DNA from: Schmidtea polychroa
Taxonomy: Eukaryota
Reading direction: 5' to 3'
NCBI GenBank assembly: GCA_044892525.1
Contig: CM097886.1
Span: forward strand, 22,506,001-22,570,000
Length of the DNA stretch: 64,000 nucleotides
Part shown: positions 45,330-58,500 of the stretch, one piece after another
How the letters are laid out: every line of letters begins with the position of its first letter
How positions within the stretch are numbered: the first letter of the stretch is position 1
Translations under genes and position numbers: made by a program
Notes under the pieces: model-generated
What the model was told of the DNA's origin: nothing
The model's database searches: none
The model's input: the letters and a program-made list of their open reading frames with translations, nothing else

Positions 45330-46556
45330 TATAAACAAATTACACTAAGCAATTATAATGATGTTTAAAAAAAATTATTTTACAAAAATTTTTTTAAATA
45401 TTTTTTTTAAACCGCGAAAATGCGGAATCGTTTTTCATATCTTCTGAGTTTCGAGATAAATTCCTCTTGAAATCAGACATGGGACAACCGTCATAGAAAA
45501 TGAAAATTTNNNNNNNNNNNNNNNNNNNNNNNNNNNNNNNNNNNNNNNNNNNNNNNNNNNNNNNNNNNNNNNNNNNNNNNNNNNNNNNNNNNNNNNNNNN
45601 NNNNNNNNNNNNNNNNNNNNNNNNNNNNNNNNNNNNNNNNNNNNNNNNNNNNNNNNNNNNNNNNNNNNNNNNNNNNNNNNNNNNNNNNNNNNNNNNNNNN
45701 NNNNNNNNNNNNNNNNNNNNNNNNNNNNNNNNNNNNNNNNNNNNNNNNNNNNTTAATATCTGAAAGTTAAAGCTGACAAATTGTTAATATTCCGCGCATC
45801 TGATTTATCCAATAAGATTTCAACACACGTTTTAATTAAAGTTGGCGTTGCATAGATTATTAGCATTATTATCATTGTGGAGCAATGTGCACCAGTAGCT
45901 ACTCATTAGTGTTGTCAACTGCACAACTATGTCAATAGATCACTGTGATCTGACAGATAGTATCACATAATTATTCTATTCTGAGATCAAATTTCTGATG
46001 GATATTGAATCAACGTCGTGATCGAATAATATTAATGGATAATACTGATGTGTTCACTAGTGAAGATGACGGTGTATGTCGACGGCGACTAAATGGATTC
46101 ATGAGACCCTATGCTGTCCCAAATACTCCAAGTCGGAAAATACAGTTTTTCAGGAAAAGTTAGTTATTATTGTCTGTTTTAATTCAAACAAAGTTTTTTT
46201 GAAAAAACAATTAAAACGATGTTTTTCACATTTCCCTCGATAAACATTAAGGCTGATAATAATGATAAGTACAACAGATCGCCATAGCAACAGATTTTTA
46301 TGTCTATTTCAAGGCGATCGACACAAAAATGAGTCACAGATTCCGTTCAGCTAATAAACCCGGGAATAAATTAATTCAATTTATTATATGCCATCCTTGA
46401 CATCTGATTGGAGAAATATTATTAGAAAAAGTCTGTCTGAAAGATTCCCAATTCTCGATTTTGATTGACTGATTATTCGAGCTATGAAATTAATATTTCA
46501 CGATATTTATTTTTCCACAACTTCATCCGAATTGTATATTTTAAGATTCAAAAACA

Positions 46557-49500
46557 ATGAAAACGTCAATCCATACGAATGTTTCAAATCTGATTGATGC
46601 GGTTTCCATTAATAATTTCGACAAGGTCAAAGAATTTATTCGGGCTGGACATAACTTAACTATTGATAAAGTAGTTTTCTCGTTCCATATGTGATAAATT
46701 AAAATTTCAATTAGGACGGAAAATCACCCATTCATATTGCAGCAGAAAATGGACAGCTGGAGATTCTGAAATATCTTCTTCAAGCATTTCCTATGTACAA
46801 TGTCAANNNNNNNNNNNNNNNNNNNNNNNNNNNNNNNNNNNNNNNNNNNNNNNNNNNNNNNNNNNNNNNNNNNNNNNNNNNNNNNNNNNNNNNNNNNNNN
46901 NNNNNNNNNNNNNNNNNNNNNNNNNNNNNNNNNNNNNNNNNNNNNNNNNNNNNNNNNNNNNNNNNNNNNNNNNNNNNNNNNNNNNNNNNNNNNNNNNNNN
47001 NNNNNNNTCTCCGCAAAAATATTCACTAAAAAATGTAATCAAGTTTGGAATTTTTTCTGGGATCACCAGATTGAAAAAAATACTTTTTACTTAATGTACT
47101 TGTTCTAATACTTTTTAGTACTAATTCAAGTCAAAAAGTTTTTTTAAAATTATCTGAATAAAAGATTAAAAATAAATGAACGAATTATTTGCCACCAACA
47201 TTTTTTGTCACTTATACATCCTATTGTAAGTCATAAGAGTACTTTATTAATCAACGTTTGGCTGATAGTTATATTTTAAATCCAATTAATGAAAAATAAT
47301 TTTTACCCTCAATTTTATCGATTTTTCAGCACTTATTTTAAAATTTATTTCGAAGCAATATTTTTAAATCTCTACACCCATATCTTTAAGCAATGTCGAC
47401 TGAAGGAATTGATTTATATTACGGAGCACAGTGTGGGATTTGACTAGTGTGTATGCAGAGAATGATGTTCATGGAATGAATGTATATTTAGTAGCATATG
47501 GAAAACTAATGTTTACTAATTCGTTGTCAAGTTTTTTAATAAATACAATGTCAATTGAAAAGAAATCAGAGGTGAAAATTGAAAAAAGTTCCTTATAATA
47601 CAAAATTATGTTAATATTTTTGCTTTGAATGTGTTTATAAAATAAGGATGCTAAAATCTAGTGTATATGGTGTTTGTTTTAAATGATTTGAATGATTAAA
47701 TCGTTATGTAAAAATGTAAGAATTATTCATTCTAATAAAATTAATTTAAAAATTTTAATTGTTTAATTTCGTATATGAATATATTTTAAAAATAATTAAT
47801 TGGTTTATGATTTTTTTTTAAATTGGTTTGAAAAAGCAATTTAGAATTTGTAATTTTCTTTCCTACTTGATTTTAACAGTGAACTTAGAATGAACAGAAA
47901 TATATCGTATAAGTGATGTTCAAGTGCCGTTTTTTTAATATTTAAAAAAATTTTTGGTTATATAAGCGCTAGAAATTCTTTAAGTGACATTTACGAATTT
48001 AAAACTTTATATTCTTTAATATATAATTATAATTCCATCTACAAATCAATAGTCAAGCATTTTAATAAATACAATGTCAATTGAAAAGAAATCAGTGGTG
48101 AAAATTGTAAAAAGTTATTATTTTTAGAACTGTTATATGTAAAGAGAGTGTCGAAAATGTTTGTTATATAAAAAATATTGTTTTATCGTCAAAATCCTAA
48201 ATGAATAAATATTGAAGGTTAAGAAAAAGATATTATATAGATAATTTATTATTATATTATTTAAATAGCAGTGCTATTATAGCACCCAAAACATATTAAT
48301 TGGTTCATGAAAAAGAGTAAACACCCATTACTTCATTATATTTTTTATGGGATGAATTTTCTGTCATATTGGGCTCTTTATATTTTTAATAAATATTAAT
48401 TGATTTTATTTTTTGAGATTTTTGCTGTCGCTCTCACTGTGTAATTATATTGTATTTTTCCGTGATATGACAGTTTGTATCAAAACCACTCNNNNNNNNN
48501 NNNNNNNNNNNNNNNNNNNNNNNNNNNNNNNNNNNNNNNNNNNNNNNNNNNNNNNNNNNNNNNNNNNNNNNNNNNNNNNNNNNNNNNNNNNNNNNNNNNN
48601 NNNNNNNNNNNNNNNNNNNNNNNNNNNNNNNNNNNNNNNNNNNNNNNNNNNNNNNNNNNNNNNNNNNNNNNNNNNNNNNNNNNNNNTTGAATTCCTTTTC
48701 AATGCGCTTTTGTCTATTCTTTAAAGTTCTCCTTTATGAAAATTTCTTAAAAGTATATCAATTTTTCGGGTTGTTTTAATCAGCTATTTAAGATTGCATG
48801 AAAACAAAGATGTTTAATTTAACAGATTTTTGAGCGCTTGCTGTTCCAAACATTTTCCATAGATCATGGTATTTTGTTTAAAGACCATATTTATTAACCA
48901 CAATTGGTAACGTTTAGTATTATTGGTTCAGTGGACTTTGTAATCGGTCAGACTCTATCAAACCTTCCTAAAACTATTAAAGGTAATGGGCTTATGATTG
49001 CTCCATTTCATAGAAATTTATATTTGCATTATAAATGTTCTTAAGACTTAAAGATCTTAATTTTCTCCATATAGCCAGTCGAAAGTGAAAAATTATCCAG
49101 GAATTGTTGCAATATTAAATTTAGATCCAATGCCGGTGAATACAGAACACTGTTACAGATGACTGGTATAAATTGAATTTCGTTTAAACGAATAACCTCC
49201 CTTAGTTGCATAATCATTCTTGATTAGATCATATGGGTTTTATTCTTAGGAAGCAATAAGACAAGAGAAACCCATTTATTTGTCCAGTTTACGCTTGTCC
49301 TTTCTCCTTATACCTGATCATGAAGTGATACACAGTTGGTCAAAATGAGTGTGACTTGATTTCAAAGTCCCTTCAATTCTTAAATTTTGTTGTTGAGAGC
49401 ACAACATCTTGGATATGAATTCAATATCGCCAAAGACAATAATTTTATCAACTAGCGTATTTTCTCATAAATGCCCCTATCCCGCAGACCCCTTGAAGAG

Positions 49501-52500
49501 TTTGTAAAATTTCCTGTGATTGATTGACAGTAAATATCCACGATTTCAGATACTATTTTTGACAGTATCATTTTTCATCGTTGTATAAAACACCATTGTA
49601 TTCGTAGTTATTTACACCATTTAGACTGACTATTTAGCCTGTGATCATTAGGTAATAGTATACCACGAAGTGCTTTTCATAAAGTATCAAAATTAAAGCA
49701 ATTATTAACAATACTGGCTATGACCAATCAAGATGACGAACATTTTCATGTTTAAATTTTAGCTATAGATAATTATTTATTTTCATGTCCTAGCAGTGTA
49801 GAAATTAAAAAACATCACTAAATAATAATTATGTATTATTTTTATTTATTGGTTATTATTATTGATAACTAGCTGGGGTACCTGGCGTTGCCCGGGGCAA
49901 TATAAGTTGTGTTGTTAAATTTTTTTCTTTCAGTAAAAACGCTAATTGCGCCAATGAATATAACCACAAAATAAATAAGAAGAGTTAAACATAGAATCTT
50001 ACCACTTTAGTTTTTTCATCTTCCTTTCTGGATTTCGTGCAGTTTTGACTGAAATTATAATTTTGGTTTTGTCTTACGAATTGATTCAAATTCTTCTGTG
50101 TAGTAGCTATTTATAGCTGTTACGAAGTAATAACAGGCACACAAATTGGCAGATATGGTAAAAATTATTAAAGCCCAAGTTGTATTTCAGACATATTTGC
50201 CTCCAAGGACTGTTGTTGATCTTGGTGAATTTTGGGTCTAATTATGTAGTCAGCGATCTGGGCCTGTACAAAAGAGATGGTACTGAAAAAAACTTGTCCC
50301 TGGGCAGTCATTAAATTCAAAGTTATACAAATTTCTTTTACAAAAACTAACATAAGCATTTGAACCTCAACCATTAATGGTTGATAGTTAGGTCACTTCG
50401 CAATCTCGATGCTGCCCCACCCCATGTAATCCTAGCTGACTGAAATCAAAATTTTATTATGCAAACCCACCCTGATAAATAACCTTTGCTTCAAACAATG
50501 TGCCCTATCTTGAACCTTATACCCTATTTTATCGGGGTGTAATTTAACTAGGGCGGGCTGTCAAAAAACCATGAACATTGTGTTATTCAAACCTACCCCG
50601 AGGAACAGTTTATATTTATGATAATTTTCTGATATTTGCTGCTTACTGGTGGTTTGCTTAGTAACCAGAAAACAGGATCAGTAAATAAGGTCCCCATGGG
50701 GTCAAAACTTTTGGATAGAAAGTAGCCTATAATCTCAGCCTGGGTGAAAGAGGAAGCTGTGTTAAATTTGGTTGAGACATCTTCAGAAATTTGGATTTGT
50801 ATAGTGAACATACAGACAAACAGACACACATTCACAATTATATGTTAGATTATTTAAAGGTTTAAAATGAAAACTAATTAAATATTATTCATTTTAAATC
50901 ATTAAATAGTGTTACAGTCATTACAGATATTATTGATTATTTATTGATTATAAAATTAAATTCAAATTTGATTTTATTTTTTGAAAAGAAATATTTAAAA
51001 AGTACTTTAATTAAAAAAATTGTATTAATGGATCGAATCGAATGTTAAACTTTCAAAAAAAAGAATAAAATACATTAATCTTAATATCCCATTGTAACCT
51101 AAAAGATTTTAGGTCTGATAGAAGAAAACGACCAAACTGTCTATGAATATTTTAAATATTTTAACGTATTTTATTTTGATTATTTTTCAAAAAAGTCTTT
51201 CCTTTGAATTCCCAGTACTCCTAAGTAATAATTATTCTCTATGGACAAATATCTCATTAAGAGCTTTGCATGATCTCAATCTCACCGGTTATTCGCCTGG
51301 TAAGTGAACCAGGTTCACGACACCTCCTTCGGTATTTATTTATAAATTGTTTTCGTTTTCTGAGGTTCTAATGAAATAATTATTTATAATGAATATATTT
51401 TTTAAAGCGATTAATTTATTATTAAAATTTCGCCTACTCATCAATTTGTTGAACTCAGCTCGCTACATTATTATGCTTTCTGGATTACAATGTCCGTCAC
51501 GCTCCATTGGTTTTTCACAGAGCATTTTTCATAGTTGACAGATTCAACTTGTTGTATTATTTTTCCTAGATAAATTTTAAGCAAAATTTCTAAAATGAAA
51601 CTTCAAACTTCATTTACTTTCATTCGGGAAAATGATGTATCCATTATCTTTACTTTTCTACAATAATTATAATAATAATAATAATAATAAAATAATAATA
51701 ATAATATTAATAATAATAATTATTATTATTATTGTATTTTTATTATTAATCGTAATAAATTTTCAGAATTAATTATTATTCCCGTACCAACAAAATTTAA
51801 TTTCAAAACGTAATTAAAATTGTTTTAATTTCCATATGTAATTAATGTTGACATTTAATTGTAAAATATTTAAACAAACAAATAATTCATTTATACTAAT
51901 ATCCGATGATTAAATATTCAAAAAAAGTAATTTGTTATAATCTCACAATTATCATTTATTATTATTATAAATATTATTATTATAATTAATATAATTATTA
52001 TTGAAATGGAAATTGAAATTTAAGGACGTCAGATTTCTTTAAACTTGAGGTAAAATTGCTAAAAAAGTTAGAATTTATTAATGAACGTAAAATAAAAAGT
52101 GAATCCAAAATTCTACAAAAAAAATAAGATTCTGTGCTTCACGGGCAACCTAATTGTGATGACATTAACGAGCCATTAGTAATCGTGTTAGATCTCCTTA
52201 TTAGATCTGCGAGTGCTACATTTCTATAATTGACAGCTACATGAGTGAAACATTTTTCTTTTCCACCAAATAATATTTTCTGCTATTTTCTAATTTAGAA
52301 TTTTCTCCCATTTCTAAAATATGATTATCAATAATATTTTAAATAAAATTCCAATTAATATTTTACTTTTAGTTTGATAGCACACCTCTACACAAGGCGG
52401 CTAGCATTGGACAAATTGATATAATTCAAATACTGCTTGAGAGAGGGGCTCAAGTCAACATCCAGGATTCTACGGTAGGTAGATGCGTAGGGTATTTGGA

Positions 52501-55500
52501 TGTATTGTCGTTTTTGTTAGCATGGTAATACTTCGTTGCATGAAGCCGCATGGAAAGGCTATTCTCAAACTGTTGAATATCTTTGTCTAATAGGCAGACT
52601 TCCTAATCTTGTAAATTATGTTAGTGGAACACAATTTGACAATAACATGTTGAATTTTTCAGTTTTTAAAATATTTTATTATTTATAGTCTCTTTTCACT
52701 CCTCTACATCTTGCTGTTCAAGGGGGACACAATCAGACTACTCGCAATTTGATAAAGTGTGGAGCTGATATTTTGGCTCAAAATAGGGTGATTTATTTTC
52801 TTTTTCTATTATTTTATGGCATTCTAATTAGTTTGGAGACACCCCACTGCATACTGGCGTTCGATACGGCCATGCTGGAGTATCAAGAATACTGATTTCT
52901 GTCAGTACAGATGTCAATCAAAGAAATCAAAATGGAGATACCGCTTTACATATAGCAGCCGCTTTGAAGCGACGAAAAATCACAAAATTGCTTGTTGAGT
53001 CTGGCGCAAGCATGGACATAAGAAATATTCAAAACGAAACTCCTTTGGATGTTGCATTGAAAAAATCTCATTCCGAAATCATAGAAATATTGAAAACGTG
53101 CAGTCCAAACACGAATCAAAAAACTGTTTCATTTCTTCCTGAAGTTTGTCTTTTAAACTTTCATTCTTTCTTATGGTTTTATTATTACTCATTTAGAATT
53201 TAAGGGAGAATTTCTCTGTGCAATCTCGCCATGTGTCTATACCGAATGAAATGTGCAGTGTAATAAATATTCCCGAACAAAAACCTTACCGGGCGAAATC
53301 TGAATCTCCCAATGAAAAAACTAAACCTTCAAAAAAGAATATTGTCAAAGGTATTTTTAGTCGAAAGAAAAAGGTTTGCTGGAAAAGCCATATAATTTTA
53401 TGATTGTTTTGAATTTCACAGGAAAAAGTAGACAAAGCTGATAAAAGTCAAAAGAAATCAAAGGAGAATCCCAAGCCACTTCCAACACAAACCACAGCCA
53501 GTAAATCAATATTGTGCAACAATATCAGTCGACGCAATTCCAATTTCAATTCCAGCGTCAAACAAGATTCTCCATTGACGAAAATTGCCCCAGTCCCAGG
53601 AATGATGAATATGTATCAGCCTCAATTAGGAAGTCAACTTTTCAAAGATCTTGCAGGAAACATAAAGCAGGTATTATTAACAGTCAGATGCTTTCAACAA
53701 GCACAAATATGTATTAAATTAATTTGGAAGGGGTNNNNNNNNNNNNNNNNNNNNNNNNNNNNNNNNNNNNNNNNNNNNNNNNNNNNNNNNNNNNNNNNNN
53801 NNNNNNNNNNNNNNNNNNNNNNNNNNNNNNNNNNNNNNNNNNNNNNNNNNNNNNNNNNNNNNNNNNNNNNNNNNNNNNNNNNNNNNNNNNNNNNNNNNNN
53901 NNNNNNNNNNNNNNNNNNNNNNNNNNNNNNNNNNNNNNNNNNNNNNNNNNNNNNNNNNNNNNNNNNNNNNNNNNNNNNNNNNNNNNNNNNNNNNNNNNNC
54001 ATACGACGGCAGTGCCTTGTAAGTACGACATTAATTAAGTTAGAACTTCATGAAAACCTTGCGTTTTCCAATAAAGGATTTTTCGTTTGAATTTCTTGAT
54101 GATAAATAATAATGAATAAATTTATTTGAAGAGTAATTTTCAAGTCCATAACTCCCTAAAATCAATAATAGTTCTTAATTTCTATGGATAATCAATAAAT
54201 TGAAATTTTAATTGCTAGAAAAAATTAATAAACTGAAAAATAAATTTCTTGGGGAAATATTTTTTATTATTAAATATTTCGAATTTAAATTATTAACACA
54301 GATTTCCCGGACAATTGTAGAATATTCTCTCCGTTCCAAAAATTATTTTCGATTTGTCAAGGAAATTGATCAAAAAAAACTGTCTGATTTAAAAAGTTAA
54401 TCTTTATTGGTACCTTTTAATATAGAAAAATCAAAACAAGAAAAGTAATACGATAATAGAATATGTAATAAACGATTTTACAATAGTTATTTTGGGTTTT
54501 ATTTTTCAAGTCGGTTCCCTCTGACTTCTCGTATTCTTATTTAAACAAATAAATCGATCAAAACAAATAAATCGATCAAAACAAATAAATAAATTCAATC
54601 AAATTACAATTTTTCACTAGATTTGCACCTTTCGTTGAATATAAATATTATTCGCTAAAAAAATAACCAGCAATCACCATTTTCTGATACGAGAATTAAA
54701 CTTTTTTTTCAATTACTATATTTCGTTCTCCGATCATTGGTCGCCTGATTCCCTGAGCTTCTCTTTGTTTTTTCGACCAACTGACTGTTTCTGAACTCTT
54801 TTTTATACTATTTTTGAGAGGGCAATTATCTACAGAATTGCAATTAATTATCTCACGGGAATCCTGGGTAAACATTTGAGGGTTTCCAAATTATTTTAAT
54901 TTGTTCTAGATTGGCGCTCGGAATATTCCCTCTCTTATCTTATCAATCGGGTCACACTGTGCCTCGGATTTCCTTCAGCGCTCGAGTTTCCCATAGGTAC
55001 GGGCTTTCCATTACAGATTAATTAATTTTAATTAATTTGTTTTTTCGCATTAACTTTCTCTGTGAACCTCTTTTTAAATTTTCTTTATAATTTTTGAACT
55101 CGTCTATCAATTTCGCGTTCAACCATACCCGATATTGATTTTTGATTTCAAGTAAGTTTTAATTAATTTTGCACTTTTATTGATTTTGTTATGCCTTCCT
55201 TTTATATATAAATAAATTTGGTTTTCTTACCAAACCTAAAAGTTTTAAGTTTATTTGTCTGTACAGCATAATAGGTTCTCTTGTCAATAAAATATTTTTA
55301 ATAAAATATTTTTTACCAAATCGGACAATTTTTTTGAAAAGGAACGAGTAATCTATAATTCATCACACTTTAATTCTACTTTTGATTAGGGGACCCAAGT
55401 GAGAGTTTCATGATCTTTTATAGGTGAGAAAATATATCATTTCATACAAGAGAGTTAAAGAAAAAATGCCCAATGTGTTATTCGGTACATATAATTTTCA

Positions 55501-58500
55501 ACTTGTGATGGTATAAAATATCTTTTTTTACGGATGTCTAACATTAAAATAATATAGACATTACTAGCTTTGTGATACCCAGTGCAAATCACAATAGTAG
55601 ACTAGTTTCTAGCTTTTGTCTCTCATCAGTACTATGCAGGAGACGCGAAGATTTCTCTTCGCGCCAGGTAGGTATACAATATTGCTGATTCAACTCTATT
55701 GCATACTTTCCCTGCTACACTGGATATCACATCACTTGCAAATTAGTTAAATCAAAGAAAATATATCTGCAAACTCGTAAACATGGCGTACGAAAAATCA
55801 TATTCGCCTCTGGAGGCACCGTCTATACACAGAAACTGTTTACAATTGCATCCGTAAACCTTTAGCATTTTTAACTTGTGATGGTATAAAATATCTTTTT
55901 TTACGGATGTCTAACATTTGAATAATATAAACATCACAAGCTTTGTGATACCCAGTGCAAATTCCAATAGTAGACTAGTTTCGAGCTTTTTCCTTCGCGT
56001 CTCCTGCATAGTACTGATGAGAGCCAAAAGCTCGAAACTAGTCTACCATTGGGATTTGCACTTGGTATCACAAAGCTTGTAATGTTTATTTAATTTTTAT
56101 GTTGCGAAACCTTTTCTGTATGTCTAATTTATCTACTCGGTTATCAAAGGTTTTACATTAGGTCAACTTTGAATTAAATTCCAAATTCTAAATTCAAAAA
56201 TAAAATAAGAATGTTATGAAATCAACTGGTTGATAGTTAGCTAGGTTAATTAACATAAAGTATGTCGTAATATTCAATGAAATATCTAACGGAAAACTAA
56301 TTATGTTTTCGAACTTGAATTACATCATCACTGGGTTTCATTCCAGGTATAATCAAGTTTTGATATTATAAAATATTTGAAAATTATTTTTAAATGAGAA
56401 ATTCATTTCCTCCGCAAGTGTTTCGGATAAAAAGTATCTTTTCATTCAAAGTGAAACATAATTTATGCAAATTCCAAAAATCTCGTGCCCCCTTATGGTG
56501 AATAACTGATCTGCAATATCATGACAACAACATTTGTAAGTTGTTTATTCATCCGACCAAATTTTGAATTCAAAGAAAGTTTTCAATAAATATTTTTATA
56601 AAAAATATAATTTCATTTTTTGTTTAAATAAAAGTTTGAAATCCACCATGAAAATGATAAATACAACTTTTGATAGGCCAATTAAAATGCTGGAAAATTT
56701 TCAAAGTACACTCGATTTGTAACGAATTTTAGTNNNNNNNNNNNNNNNNNNNNNNNNNNNNNNNNNNNNNNNNNNNNNNNNNNNNNNNNNNNNNNNNNNN
56801 NNNNNNNNNNNNNNNNNNNNNNNNNNNNNNNNNNNNNNNNNNNNNNNNNNNNNNNNNNNNNNNNNNNNNNNNNNNNNNNNNNNNNNNNNNNNNNNNNNNN
56901 NNNNNNNNNNNNNNNNNNNNNNNNNNNNNNNCAATGATTTAAATATAAGATAACGCCAATCAAACATTTTTTCACGATATATTTCGGCAGTTTTCCTGTC
57001 ATCATCAGGTGGGATATAATAACTACATAAATTAGGGATTTTAAACAAAATTATTTATTTTAATTATGGTAAAAGAGACTGTTGACAAATTTATTAAAAA
57101 TCCTACGGATCCATGTTTGAGAAAATCTGGGTGATATGTTGTTGAGGTATGTGAGTCTGATGAGTTAAATTAATTAATTAGTGTGCGCAAGGATGATGAA
57201 CCTAAATTTGTGTTAGTATTGCCGTACTCAGAAAGTTTTAAGGATTATAAAGTGAAGATAAAAAAGCAGTTAGGGAATTTAAACTATAGGATAGTGTCAA
57301 CTTCATGGAAAGTACGCAATATGTTTATTAATGAGTCAAAAAATCCGGTCGAATTGTGATCCGATCTCGTTTATCAGTTAATATGTAATGGGTGTAATGC
57401 CACATACATTGGAAAGACTTCCCGGCATCTCTGTATTCGAGCTCGAGAACATTATAGATCGAAGGCTTTGACCCATATTATTGAGCACAATAAGGGCTGT
57501 AAGATATAAGATAGGTATGTCTGATTTTAAAATTTTATTAAAAAATTTCGATAATTATTGGGAACGTATAATTTGTGAGACGTTATTGATAAAGTCATTG
57601 AATCCAAAAATTAATGTGCAGAATGCAGTGAATACTTGTGTTTTAAATGTTTTTTAAATATTTTTTTGTATATTGTATGTATTGATTGCTATTTGTGAAA
57701 TTAATTAATTAATAAAAAAAAATTTTAATAATAATTTATAATTTTAATTATGATTTTTAAAAAATGAAATATTTTTATTAAATAATAAAAATAAATTTTT
57801 AAAATAAATAAATTTGTTTGAAAATCCTTAATTTATATAGTTATTATATCCCACCTGGTGATGTNNNNNNNNNNNNNNNNNNNNNNNNNNNNNNNNNNNN
57901 NNNNNNNNNNNNNNNNNNNNNNNNNNNNNNNNNNNNNNNNNNNNNNNNNNNNNNNNNNNNNNNNNNNNNNNNNNNNNNNNNNNNNNNNNNNNNNNNNNNN
58001 NNNNNNNNNNNNNNNNNNNNNNCATGTGTCTGATTGGATAATTTGTGTGAGATCCAATTACACCGTAACGAACGTCATAAATGCTAATCTAATTCAACAA
58101 CCACATCTGGGTGCCGTATTGATTAGGCGTAGGGATTGATTGATTACTGATCGGATCAGGTGTTGGATTGGTTACATGGTCGATATAATTAGTAAATGAA
58201 TTATTATCATGTCGATCAACCGGTTGATGCTGATGTAGATTCATCAATTTTTTTTCTCTATTTCACGATTTATTAAAATTTATAAATTAATGATTTTTAT
58301 AATTTGAAAAAATTTATCGATTGATCCTGAAACGGATCAATGTTCATTGATGGATTATTCATAGATTTCCGATCAATTCCACCAGGTAACTGTCGCAGAC
58401 TTGATTTATATGCATTGTATAATTTGAATGAACCTGCCAATTGGCCGATAATTGTGAAATATATAATCTAGGGCCCGATCGGGTACATGCCCATTGCCAA

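Larger units (their letters stand above)
55500..56100 (-). mobile_element. Retrozyme-like array: 373-bp unit + partial second unit + ~110-bp inverted segment, with hammerhead ribozymes
   Basis: aacttgtgatggtataaaatatc repeats at 55500 and 55873; hammerhead 3' halves at 55594 and 55967 (period 373); inverted copy from ~55992. Confidence 0.88.

Noticed and set aside
54543-54592. Short tandem repeat aaacaaataaatcgatca (x2.5)
   Set aside because: Simple slippage duplication with no spacers; not CRISPR-like.
55783-55857. 24-codon plus-strand ORF (MAYEKSYSPLE...) in the retrozyme unit
   Set aside because: The homologous position in the 60-kb copy stops after six codons; not conserved.
57157-57164. 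Extra CTGATGAG hammerhead-like core (also at 26857-26864)
   Set aside because: No helix II or GAAA/NUH downstream; both lie in TE coding remnants.
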